From: Bacteroidales bacterium
GTDB taxonomy: Bacteria > Bacteroidota > Bacteroidia > Bacteroidales > UBA1715
Length of the DNA stretch: 64,000 bases
NCBI GenBank assembly: GCA_024409235.1
Contig: JAKSUA010000013.1
Location: 808 to 64,807, forward strand
Direction: 5' to 3'
The first letter of the stretch is position 1. Each line of letters begins with the position of its first letter. The translations under genes and the position numbers were made by a program. Below are positions 48,401-55,098 of the stretch, piece after piece. The notes below the pieces were generated by a model. It saw only the letters and a program-made list of their open reading frames with translations, was not told the DNA's origin and did not search any database.

Positions 48401-50552
48401 TTTTGTTAAGTGGGTTGGTAGTTATACAAATGTTACAGAAGATCTTATTATAACTGCAGAATTTTCAGAAAAGAGCAAAGCTGATTATACTCAGTTAGAT
48501 ATTGCAATAAAAAAAGCAGAAGCAATAGAAGCCTCGCAATATGATGATGAATCTTTACAATTGTTGGAATCTGTATTGAGTATGGCAGATAAAATTGATA
48601 GAAACCTTCTGGCAGAAAACCAATCTGTAGTTGATGATGCAGTTGAGTCTATAAATGAGGTATTGGGTTCGTTGAAACTAAAGACATTTACAGTAACGTT
48701 TATTGTAGATGGAGAGATTGTTGCAGAAAAAATTGTAGAATATGGAGAAACGGTTACTGCACCTTCTGTTCCTGTGAAGAAAGGCTACGAGTTTGTAGGA
48801 TGGAAAGGTGATTATTCAAATGTAATAAAAGATGTTACCGTGGAGGCTGAATTCACGATTCAAATGTTTACTGTAACTTTTGTTGATTACGATGGAAGTG
48901 AAATTAAAAAACAAACTGTAGAATATGGTCAATCTGCTGAAAAACCGGCAAATCCGTCTCGTTCTGGATTTGAATTTACTGGTTGGATTGGTTCGTATGA
49001 GAATGTGACTTCTAATGTGACAGTAATGGCTGGTTATACAGAAATTGGTAAAGCTGTTTATACTAATTTAGATAATGCAATAGCAAAAGCAAAGAATTTA
49101 TCTGAAGATAAATACACTGTAGAAACATGGAAGAAGTTACAATCTGCAATTGTGGAAGCCGAATCTATTGACAGAAATCTTGAAGAAGAGAATCAGTCTA
49201 TGGTTGATGTTGTTGCAGACAACTTGAATGATGCAATAGATAGTCTTGTATTGAAATCATTTACTGTAACGTTTGTTGTAGAAGGAAAAGAGGTTGATAG
49301 TCAAATAGTAATCTATGGAGAAGCTGCAAAATTACCTACAACAACTCCGGAAAAAGAAGGTTATGATTTCGTACAATGGATAGGCAATTATTCTGAAATA
49401 ACTGGAGATGTAGAGATTGTAGCTGAATTTAAGGAAAAAGCTAAAGCTGATTATACAGCCTTGGATGCCGCAATTGTAAAAGCTGAATCTGTGGATGTTT
49501 CCTACTATAGTGAGGCTTCTTTGAAGAAATTACAATCAGTTTTGACAGAGGTAAAAGCAATAGACAGAAATCTGTATTCAGATAAACAGTCTGTTGTTAA
49601 TACAGCATTAATTTCATTGAAAGATGCTTTGTCAAATCTTGCTCTAAGAACATTCGAGGTTACGTTTATTGTAGATGGTGAAGTTGTTTCAAAACAAGAT
49701 GTTGAGTATGGACGTTCGGCGTTGGCTCCTGCAACTCCTGTGAAGAATGGTTATACTTTTGTAAGATGGAGCGACAGTTATTCAAATATTACTGCCGACA
49801 TTCAAATTGAAGCAATATTCACAGAAAAAGTTGTTGTAAATTTAGATAGAACATTGTTGAATTATACTATAGAACAGGCAAATAAAGCAATGGAAAAGGC
49901 TGAAGGTAATGTTGGTAATGCTGCCGGTCAATATCCTGCATCTGCTGTTTTACAGTTCCAGGCAATGATTGAAACTGCTTTAGATGTTTATGAAAATGCG
50001 ACAAAACAAGTTGTTGTTGATAATGAAGTAACAATACTTGAAAATGCTATAAATGTATTCCTGGAATCTGTTAATCCAGAAATACCTGATAAAACAGAAC
50101 TAGCATTATTAATAAAACAGGCTGGTGATATTTTGGACACAACAAGTGTGGGTACTAAACCTGGTCAGTATTCATTAATGGAAAACTGGAATTTAACTAA
50201 TGTTAGAATGGATGCGTCATTGATATATGATAATCCAAATGCGAAAAAATCAGAAGTTGATGCCCAGGTCGAATTATTAAGAAATTCTATAGAAGCATAT
50301 GTAAACTCTGTAGTAAAAGAAGAAACTTCTGCTGTGGAGACACTATTGAACGAAATTGTTATTTATGCAAAAGGACATGTTGTCGTAGTTGAGAATGCAG
50401 ATATTTCTGATGTTCAGATATATGATATTACTGGTCAATGTGTTAGCAGAAATGGTAATAATCAGATTTCTTCAAATGAGATTTTTATTAAAAATGTAGG
50501 TGTGTATATTGTTAAGGTAAAATCAATTTCACAACGAGTTGTAATAAAATAA
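42402..50552 (+). CDS. Giant (2716 aa) multi-catalytic secreted carbohydrate-active enzyme: CE4 - CBM4_9-like - GH8 - 2x Flg_new - CBM6/35-like - GH26 - (Flg_new/FIVAR) stalk - T9SS type A CTD
   Basis: Uninterrupted ORF with signal peptide MKRFSFLFVLLVVVYQAFSQ. Catalytic and binding-module motifs are in the sub-features below. Confidence 0.9.
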   Translation: MKRFSFLFVLLVVVYQAFSQSIATGYTVGTWSGFRSAAASFTFDDDAPSHVSVVAPEFDKRGFNATFNVVVNWMNQSSQWSDFQKMAAKGHEIASHTVTHSENTPSSELSSSKTTINQKITGQDCNTIAYPYCNVPSDASALAANYIGGRICDGQIMGKTPSDYFRISAITTGSETGFTKADDFTSSMQSAASKGGWVVFLTHGITGETNGNATYSPTPINAITGALDWAKENDSKIWVATFRDAILYAKERDALSLSEKKVSSTNYQLTASVGITSSVVTYDYPITVRREMPSGWKNFAASTGGKDISVKTVTVGSTKYAQFDVVPGKTYSLEDRESEYTEEGETVEVPKMKNLIENGEFDEGTSSWQTQTGDDAKCTLTATTTAGLSGANAVQLCPDGNYGTENWHIQVYQNVELEGDVEYTLSFSAKASTARKLYVMVQKIAADYDTYLYQECDLTTTAKDFEFTMVAPSDVAMDSKVTFCIGGSDGCVMLDKVFFGYENQSSSEGGGDRPSYDVEVSGGIEKYFVDKAYIGPSCDALPGEEVTNGAYYTGEYTNLFVKYLGKTEAQVQAKMKSVWDHFYTPNGQNTVYYEAGSDMAYIYDTGNQDVRTEGQSYGLMICVQMGDQEKFDKLWRWAKKYMQYKSGDAREGLFAWQCETNGTIKGASSAPDGEMYFLTALFFASHRWGNDGAINYEEEAQYLAKCLLNKSGRGNGQVSPLFNKSNYLVTFGETSYDFSDPSYNLPGFLELWARWINTNTDFWVKTPQAARDLLYNSAHKTTGLYPDYCNFDGSGYYPNWAGYNTSIYKYDAIRCPMNVGMDYHWFAADSRQETMMYNILNFFKKDGYSHAYFNVDGTGADGYYSEGQKGANGVGVFGLTAGNEALAKENLQKLWDVTPPTGQWRYYNGMVYMLSMLHATGNFRIFKPTPEVVVETLSGPAPVIFNEEEFTKDTTFKTLIDCKIYDVTITIEESAATYTVTFEDYDGTELKSEEVAAGDAATAPTEPTRTGYTFKEWDTDFSNVTKDLTVTAVYDINTYTVTFVDYDGSTIDEQTVEYGSDAFAPTEPTREGYEFDGWDKTFTNITKDVVVTATYTEKAVPSSLKYEAEDAIASGTTTASSSAASNGKYVKMQSGNLTFNVTVEKAGIYDVTIVYSLTEDYKAQNLEVNGVQVGTLAFNKSGSANPTFSSITAAAALNSGANTIAITNSWGWVDIDYIELSTHESVKFNIDANLVIENPTSGTVELYEFLKKNFGKKTISGVMTLDMPDNASFKQQPDVSYIYDKSGKYTALVGFDFMQSVGKGTDWATTYNKTMIAMAKELWNEGGIPYFTWHWRDPTKSTSSFNTSGVSFSLKDAFTDASCTKWNTNSTLYKGIIADLDVIANHLLDLQNAGVSVLWRPLHEASGKWFWWGAEGAEPYKQLYYLLFEKLTKEYDLHNLVWVWNSDGTDADWYPGDNYVDIAGRDFYYQAPNTYNHSSLVTEFEAVAKVVNGKKIVTLAECGAVPYPQNMDEDGAMWSWFMPWYDEGDIKYVSSDDHNKASDWDLIMNDDRVITLEDMPGWGSVLATTYTVTFVDYDGTVLDEQTVEEGEDAVAPEEPTRAGYTFKEWDTDFTKVSEDLTVTAVYVEKAKADYTALNKAIADAEALETTGFTAATVAALQNALTAAKAVDTDLLAKDQATVDAATKALTDAMAALAVQTFTVIFVDYDGTTIDEQTVEYGQSATKPATDPVRNGYVFSGWIGSYENVTADVTVQASYTEKGKADYTALNNAIAAAEKLETTSYTDATVAALQKALTAAKAVDTDLLAEDQATVDAATKALEDAMSALAVQTFTVTFVDYDGKVIDAQTVEYGASAVAPKEPSRNGYTFSAWEGSYEKVTEDVTITATYTAKEKADYTSLDKAISSAEALEAEKDKYADDTWKVLQSALAAAKAIDRNLYKDNQKKIDDAKDLLVSAISTLSVKSFTVKFTADEKIISEQIVEYGKDAEAPFNPTKEGYDFVKWVGSYTNVTEDLIITAEFSEKSKADYTQLDIAIKKAEAIEASQYDDESLQLLESVLSMADKIDRNLLAENQSVVDDAVESINEVLGSLKLKTFTVTFIVDGEIVAEKIVEYGETVTAPSVPVKKGYEFVGWKGDYSNVIKDVTVEAEFTIQMFTVTFVDYDGSEIKKQTVEYGQSAEKPANPSRSGFEFTGWIGSYENVTSNVTVMAGYTEIGKAVYTNLDNAIAKAKNLSEDKYTVETWKKLQSAIVEAESIDRNLEEENQSMVDVVADNLNDAIDSLVLKSFTVTFVVEGKEVDSQIVIYGEAAKLPTTTPEKEGYDFVQWIGNYSEITGDVEIVAEFKEKAKADYTALDAAIVKAESVDVSYYSEASLKKLQSVLTEVKAIDRNLYSDKQSVVNTALISLKDALSNLALRTFEVTFIVDGEVVSKQDVEYGRSALAPATPVKNGYTFVRWSDSYSNITADIQIEAIFTEKVVVNLDRTLLNYTIEQANKAMEKAEGNVGNAAGQYPASAVLQFQAMIETALDVYENATKQVVVDNEVTILENAINVFLESVNPEIPDKTELALLIKQAGDILDTTSVGTKPGQYSLMENWNLTNVRMDASLIYDNPNAKKSEVDAQVELLRNSIEAYVNSVVKEETSAVETLLNEIVIYAKGHVVVVENADISDVQIYDITGQCVSRNGNNQISSNEIFIKNVGVYIVKVKSISQRVVIK
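42470..43150 (+). other. CE4 (NodB-type polysaccharide deacetylase) module
   Basis: NodB motif 1 TFDDD (~42524-42538) and motif 2 GHEIASHTVTH (~42669-42701). Confidence 0.7.
43970..45185 (+). other. GH8 module (xylanase / reducing-end xylose-releasing exo-oligoxylanase-like)
   Basis: DVRTEGQSYGLMICVQMGD (candidate catalytic Glu codon 44238-44240), SAPDGEMYFLTALFFASHRWGN, DPSYNLPGFLELWARW, YDAIRCPMNVGMDYHWF. It is preceded by a CBM4_9-like module at ~43455-43905 (NLIENGEFDEGTSSWQ...). Confidence 0.7.
46100..47090 (+). other. GH26 module (beta-mannanase/xylanase family)
   Basis: FTWHWRDP and VLWRPLHEASGKWFWWG (candidate acid/base Glu codon 46611-46613). LVWVWNSDG and TLAECGAVP (candidate nucleophile Glu codon 46902-46904). 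It is preceded by a CBM6/35-like module at 45709-46068 (LKYEAEDA...WVDIDYIELS). Confidence 0.75.
47104..49830 (+). repeat. Stalk of alternating Listeria-Bacteroides (Flg_new) repeats and FIVAR-like three-helix modules (~132-135 aa super-unit)
   Basis: Eight Flg_new units (F/Y-TVTF-x-DYDG/x-G ... VEYG..A..P..P.r.GY.F.GW ... V..D..v.A.Y), interleaved with six KADYT(A/S/Q)L(N/D)xAIxxAE...(A/S)(A/L)...A(I/V)D(T/R)(D/N)L... modules. DNA segments 47292-47510 and 47688-47906 (offset 396 nt) are near-identical in their 3' halves. Confidence 0.8.
50355..50549 (+). other. T9SS type A C-terminal sorting domain of giant gene 3
   Basis: IVIYAKGHVVVVENADISDVQIYDITGQCVSRNG...IFIKNVGVYIVKVKSISQRVVIK. Confidence 0.8.
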
Positions 50553-50553
50553 G

Positions 50554-51483
50554 ATGCAGTTAAAATATGCGATAATAGGAAGTGGTGGTATAGGTGGACT
50601 TTATGGAGGATTTTTAGCGAAATCAGAACATGAAGTTCACTTTCTCCTTCGTTCTGATTATGATTTTGTAAAGCAGAATGGTTTGCAGATTGATTCGGTG
50701 AAAGGTGATTTTCACTTATCATCACCGAATGTTTATAAAGAAGCCTCTGCAATGCCAGTATGTGACGTTGTGCTTGTATGTTTAAAAACAATACAGAATA
50801 AAATTCTAAAAGATTTATTGCCTTCAATTTTGCATAAGAATTCGGTTGTAATTCTTGTACAAAACGGTTTGGGTATAGAAAAAGAATTGTCCGACATTTT
50901 TACAAATGTGTCTGTTGCTGGAGCTACAGCTTTTGTTTGTACGACAAAAGTTGGTCCGGGACATATTCATCATGCAGAATATGGCACATTGACAATAGCA
51001 AAATATTGTGGAGATTGCGATATGATTTTAAATCAGGTTGCAGACGATTTTATAAATGCTGGAATTCAAGTGAATTTATCTGATGATTTAAATTCGATTC
51101 GTTGGAAAAAACTTGTCTGGAACATTCCATATAATGGTTTAACTGTAGTTTTGAATGCGGCAACAGATGAACTTACTTTTAACACAGCTACACGTTCCTT
51201 GGTAATTGATTTAATGAATGAAGTAGTTGATGCGGGAAGAATTTGTGGAGCAAAAATCTCGGATTCTTTTGTGTCGAAAATGATTGAGATGACAGAAAAA
51301 ATGACTCCTTATTCTCCAAGTATGCGCTTAGATTATGAAGCTCGCCGTCCTATGGAGATTCAAACAATGTACACGAATCCCATAAAAATAGCTAAGGAGA
51401 AAGGTTTCGAGATGAAAAAAACACAGATGTTGGAGCAACAGCTACGTTTTATTTCTGATACCCAACAGACTGTGAAAGAATAA
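50554..51483 (+). CDS. panE: 2-dehydropantoate 2-reductase (ketopantoate reductase)
   Basis: N-terminal Rossmann motif YAIIGSGGIGGLYGGFLA, ApbA/PanE-like length (309 aa) and a C-terminal helical domain. The ATG lies 1 nt after the giant gene's TAA. Confidence 0.8.
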   Translation: MQLKYAIIGSGGIGGLYGGFLAKSEHEVHFLLRSDYDFVKQNGLQIDSVKGDFHLSSPNVYKEASAMPVCDVVLVCLKTIQNKILKDLLPSILHKNSVVILVQNGLGIEKELSDIFTNVSVAGATAFVCTTKVGPGHIHHAEYGTLTIAKYCGDCDMILNQVADDFINAGIQVNLSDDLNSIRWKKLVWNIPYNGLTVVLNAATDELTFNTATRSLVIDLMNEVVDAGRICGAKISDSFVSKMIEMTEKMTPYSPSMRLDYEARRPMEIQTMYTNPIKIAKEKGFEMKKTQMLEQQLRFISDTQQTVKE

Positions 51484-52081
51484 CTTTTTCTTCCGCTTTA
51501 AGATTTAATGTTTTCGAGAGTAATTCTTTGTCAACATAACCTCTTATAACGCAGCCAATATTTTCTGAAGCACACATAAGATAGACATTTTGTGCAATAA
51601 ATCCGCAGTCGGCGTATGCCATGACGTCACGGTTTGATGCAACAATAGTCCCCATTTTGTTATAATCTGCAACATAAACAATGTTCATAGAGGCGTGGGC
51701 AACATAATCCTGTCCTCCTGCTTTGGCACGGAAATCTCCTTTTTGAAGAAGTATCAGTTCATTTGTTTTGTCATTCCATTTGTAAATTCCTTCGGCAAGT
51801 ATAATGTAAAGTGTAAATTCCTGACAATTCATTGCGGAAGGAACTGTTCTTTTCTCAGGTCTATTAAAACCGTATGCAGCCCAAAGAATATTTGAAATTT
51901 GTTGATTGCTTAGTTTTTTAGAATCATTAAACTCCTTTGTCGATTTTCGGTTTTGAAGACAATAGGAAATTGATTTTCCGTTGTCTTTTTGTGGCGTAGG
52001 AAGTTGTATGTTTTGAGCTTTTGTAGTCATAATAAATAGTCCTAAAAAAAGAATGTTACATATAAATCGTTGTATTTTCAT
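51449..52081 (-). CDS. Exported nitroreductase-fold (SagB-type-like) protein
   Basis: The start was moved to MKIQRFICNILFLGLFIMTTKAQ (signal peptide). The body reads ISNILWAAYGFNRPEKRTVPSAMN...IVYVADYNKM...DCGFIAQNVYLMCASENIG, typical of the nitroreductase fold. The 3' end overlaps panE by 35 nt (convergent). Confidence 0.65.
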   Translation of the reverse strand: MKIQRFICNILFLGLFIMTTKAQNIQLPTPQKDNGKSISYCLQNRKSTKEFNDSKKLSNQQISNILWAAYGFNRPEKRTVPSAMNCQEFTLYIILAEGIYKWNDKTNELILLQKGDFRAKAGGQDYVAHASMNIVYVADYNKMGTIVASNRDVMAYADCGFIAQNVYLMCASENIGCVIRGYVDKELLSKTLNLKAEEKVILSQSVGYQK

Positions 52082-52280
52082 CGTCTTTATCTTTATTGTT
52101 AGTGTTTGTTGTGTCAAGAAAAATGTATATGGCAACAGTAACTACATGAAAAAATAGAATCATTGCTGACCATAATAATTTTTCAGATGTGCTGCGCATG
52201 TTCTTTTCAGCTACCCATATCTGGTGAAGAAGCCAGATGTCGCAGACGATACAAAGTGTTATGATTAAAACTCGAACCAT
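52056..52280 (-). CDS. Small 2-TM membrane protein (PLD N-terminal-domain-like)
   Basis: 74 aa with two hydrophobic helices flanking EKNMRSTSEKLLW. Overlaps the downstream nitroreductase-fold gene's start by 26 nt. Confidence 0.4.
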   Translation of the reverse strand: MVRVLIITLCIVCDIWLLHQIWVAEKNMRSTSEKLLWSAMILFFHVVTVAIYIFLDTTNTNNKDKDDENTTIYM

Positions 52281-52358
52281 GTTTATAAATGTTACTTTGC
52301 AAATGTATGAATAATATTTCTTAAAAATAATGAATAACTTTACGGCAAAATCAGTAGT

Positions 52359-53309
52359 ATGTTAATTTTCATCGCCTTAATCCTATCTGTTGTGTTTCAG
52401 CTTACAGCTTCCATAATTGCGGTAAGTCTTATAAAAAGGACTCGATATAACATTGCATGGATTTTACTTTCCATAGGTTTTTCTTTAATGGCAGTTCAAC
52501 AGATGTCAGATTTGCTCTACATCTTTTATCATCTGCAATATTCCAAAGATGCCTCTGAATTTTCAGTAATAAGAAACTGGACAAATGTTTTAATTTCACT
52601 TTTACTTTTTGTTGGAACGATTTTCATTAAGAAGTTGTTTAATTATACGAGAAAGATGGAAAATCTTGCGAAACAGAATGAAAGCCTTGTCTTTTCTGCA
52701 ATTGTCAAGACAGAAGAGAATGAAAGGCAGATGTTTGCAAAGGAATTGCATGATGGGCTTGCTCCAATATTGTCATCGGTGAAAATGGCTTTTTCGGCTT
52801 TGAATAAGGATATAGTAACTGAGTCAAATAAACAGATTTTGCTGAAAACTAACTTTGCTATAGATGAGGCGATTATCACGATAAAAGAAATTTCTAATAA
52901 ATTGAGTCCTCATATTTTATCTAATTTCGGACTTGAACGTGCGGTAAAATCCTTTCTTGATACTGTAATGATAAAGCAACATGCTGAGGTTGATTATAAT
53001 TCTAATCTTGGAGCGGCACGTTTTGATTTTAATATAGAAGCTGTTTTGTATCGTGTTGTTTGCGAATTAATTACAAATACTTTGCGACATTCAAATGCTC
53101 AGCATATTGTTATAAAATTACAGAAAGAGAATGATGAATTGTGCTTGAAATATTCTGATGACGGAGTCGGCTTCGATGTGAAAAAATTACCGATTAAGGG
53201 TATGGGAATATCTAATATTGAGTCACGGGTAAAATCAATCAATGGAGTGTTTTCCATAGTGAGTTCTCCAAACAATGGAATGAGTGTTAGCATACAGGTA
53301 AGATTATGA
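52359..53309 (+). CDS. Sensor histidine kinase (HisKA_3 / NarX-LiaS type) with a membrane-embedded sensor only
   Basis: Three N-terminal TM segments with no sizeable periplasmic loop. H-box ERQMFAKELHDGLAPILS. The HATPase region has N-box ELITNTLRHSNA and G-boxes DDGVGFD and GMGISNIESR. Confidence 0.85.
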   Translation: MLIFIALILSVVFQLTASIIAVSLIKRTRYNIAWILLSIGFSLMAVQQMSDLLYIFYHLQYSKDASEFSVIRNWTNVLISLLLFVGTIFIKKLFNYTRKMENLAKQNESLVFSAIVKTEENERQMFAKELHDGLAPILSSVKMAFSALNKDIVTESNKQILLKTNFAIDEAIITIKEISNKLSPHILSNFGLERAVKSFLDTVMIKQHAEVDYNSNLGAARFDFNIEAVLYRVVCELITNTLRHSNAQHIVIKLQKENDELCLKYSDDGVGFDVKKLPIKGMGISNIESRVKSINGVFSIVSSPNNGMSVSIQVRL

Positions 53310-53950
53310 ATAAGAAATTGCATATACATTTAGTTGATGATCATTCTTTGTTTCGGGAAGGACTGAAGTTTCTTTTGTCAAATTGTGATTTTATTGAAAG
53401 AATAGATGAGTCTGAGAATGGGAGAATATTCTTGGAAAAAATAGAGCAAGAAATTCCTGATATTGTCCTTATGGATATACAAATGCCTGAAATTGATGGA
53501 ATTGTAGCATCTCAGAAAGCAATAGAAAAATATCCGAATTTGAAAATAATTGCACTTTCAATGTATTCTGAAGAGGAGTATTATTCGAAGATGATAGATG
53601 TTGGCGTTAAAGGATTTCTTTTGAAGAACTCACAATTTGGTGATGTGCAAAAAGCAATAATTGATGTAAGTGAAGGAAATAATTTCTTTTCACAGGAAAT
53701 CTTAGATCGAATTATTGCAAATATGTATAAAAAGAAAAATGAGAAGCCTATTTTAGACTTGACAGAGAGAGAAATTGAAGTGCTATATAACATCTGTAAA
53801 GGTTTGTCGAATGTGGAAATTGCTGATATGTTGTATATTAGCAAACGTACAGTAGATAAACATAGGGAAAATTTGCTTCTGAAAACAGAAGCAAAAAATA
53901 CGGCAGGCTTGGTAGTCTATGCGATAAAAAATGGAATTTTCGAAATTTAG
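53306..53950 (+). CDS. Response regulator, NarL/LuxR family DNA-binding
   Basis: REC domain (IHLVDDH...VLMDIQMPEIDG...ALSMY) plus a LuxR HTH (LTEREIEVLYNICKGLSNVEIADMLYISKRTVDKHRENLL). ATGA overlap with the kinase gene. Confidence 0.9.
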   Translation: MNKKLHIHLVDDHSLFREGLKFLLSNCDFIERIDESENGRIFLEKIEQEIPDIVLMDIQMPEIDGIVASQKAIEKYPNLKIIALSMYSEEEYYSKMIDVGVKGFLLKNSQFGDVQKAIIDVSEGNNFFSQEILDRIIANMYKKKNEKPILDLTEREIEVLYNICKGLSNVEIADMLYISKRTVDKHRENLLLKTEAKNTAGLVVYAIKNGIFEI

Positions 53951-54978
53951 GCTTGTTCTAAAATTTCGTTAAGGTAATTCGGTAAATTTTTCGCAAGTTT
54001 TCGTTGCTTGATATACCAGTAACGTTCCTTATGTTCAAGATAATGACCAAGATAAACTTGTTCACTTTGGCCAGGTGTTGGAACTAGAATAGCTTTACAT
54101 TTTAACTTCTCGTAATCCATAATTGAACTGTAGCCAGCTCGTGAAATTATTAGTTTGCTTCCACAGATTAATTTTGTTATTTCTTCGTTGGTTGCAAATG
54201 TTTGTATTTTACAGTTTCCAATTTTTGTGGAATTGTTTCTTGGAGCAACAACACCACGTATGATGCAGGATTTATAAGGTAATTTGGGTAAAATTCCCCG
54301 TAGTTTAGTCTCAAAAATCCCTCTTTGTGGTTCTGGACCTGAAAGAATAGCAACAATGTCATATTCTTTTTCACATTGAATCTTTGATCTTCCTGAAAGC
54401 GGTCCGATAAAATGGGAATTAGGAATCTTCCAACTATGAGATAAGATACCGGATATATTTTTCGTCCCTTTATAATCGGGAATCCAACATTCATCAAATT
54501 TGCTGATGATGGATTTGTTTACCAAATGAAATGGATATTCTAACCAACGAAAAATAAAAGGAAGGCGGATTCTAATTTGATGTGTAATAAAAATTGATTT
54601 ACACAAATTGCTGTGCATACCAAACCGGTTGTCTGCAATTATAATATCCGCATTATACTTTTCAACTAATTGATTTGCAATTCTTTCCTCGCTATTTTTT
54701 GTTAATAAAGCTTTAGGAATTTGTAGTGTAAGTTTTAAAAAAGTTGAAAAAGCGTTTGTACTATAGGAAATGCCATATTCAGGAATCTGTTCATGGTTAA
54801 CTTCAGGAAACTCTTGTTTAAGAAGTTCCAATGAGCGTCCAGAAGAAGCAATAATGCATTTATTATTGTTCTGCAATAGCTCTTTAATAATTGGAATACA
54901 GCGTGTTGCGTGTCCCAATCCCCAGTCAAGCGGAGAGATTATAACAGTTTTGTTTTGTATGTCGGAAATTCTAGTCAT
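53947..54978 (-). CDS. Glycosyltransferase (GT-B fold, MurG/GT28-like family)
   Basis: The N-terminal SPLDWGLGHATRCIPIIKELL glycine-rich loop and the C-terminal ...ISRAGYSSIMD...PTPGQSEQ motif are typical of GT1/GT28 enzymes. Confidence 0.6.
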   Translation of the reverse strand: MTRISDIQNKTVIISPLDWGLGHATRCIPIIKELLQNNNKCIIASSGRSLELLKQEFPEVNHEQIPEYGISYSTNAFSTFLKLTLQIPKALLTKNSEERIANQLVEKYNADIIIADNRFGMHSNLCKSIFITHQIRIRLPFIFRWLEYPFHLVNKSIISKFDECWIPDYKGTKNISGILSHSWKIPNSHFIGPLSGRSKIQCEKEYDIVAILSGPEPQRGIFETKLRGILPKLPYKSCIIRGVVAPRNNSTKIGNCKIQTFATNEEITKLICGSKLIISRAGYSSIMDYEKLKCKAILVPTPGQSEQVYLGHYLEHKERYWYIKQRKLAKNLPNYLNEILEQA

Positions 54979-55075
54979 AGTAATTCTGTGGCAAAAATAG
55001 AATTATCTTTCATTTAAAAAAGTGCTTTTTCAAAATTGCGGTTAAGCAGTTGAACAGGCATATTGAAAATAAAAC

Positions 55076-55083
55076 TATATTTG
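55076..55083 (+). promoter_or_regulatory. TAnnTTTG -7 promoter motif upstream of rdgB
   Basis: TATATTTG(C) lies 16 nt upstream of the ATG at 55099, inside the track ORF's extension. Confidence 0.45.
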
Positions 55084-55098
55084 CGTAAACTTAATAAT

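Noticed and set aside
50462-50827. 121-aa minus-strand ORF spanning the giant gene 3 / panE junction
   Set aside because: It is antisense to two strongly supported genes, the T9SS CTD and the PanE Rossmann motif.
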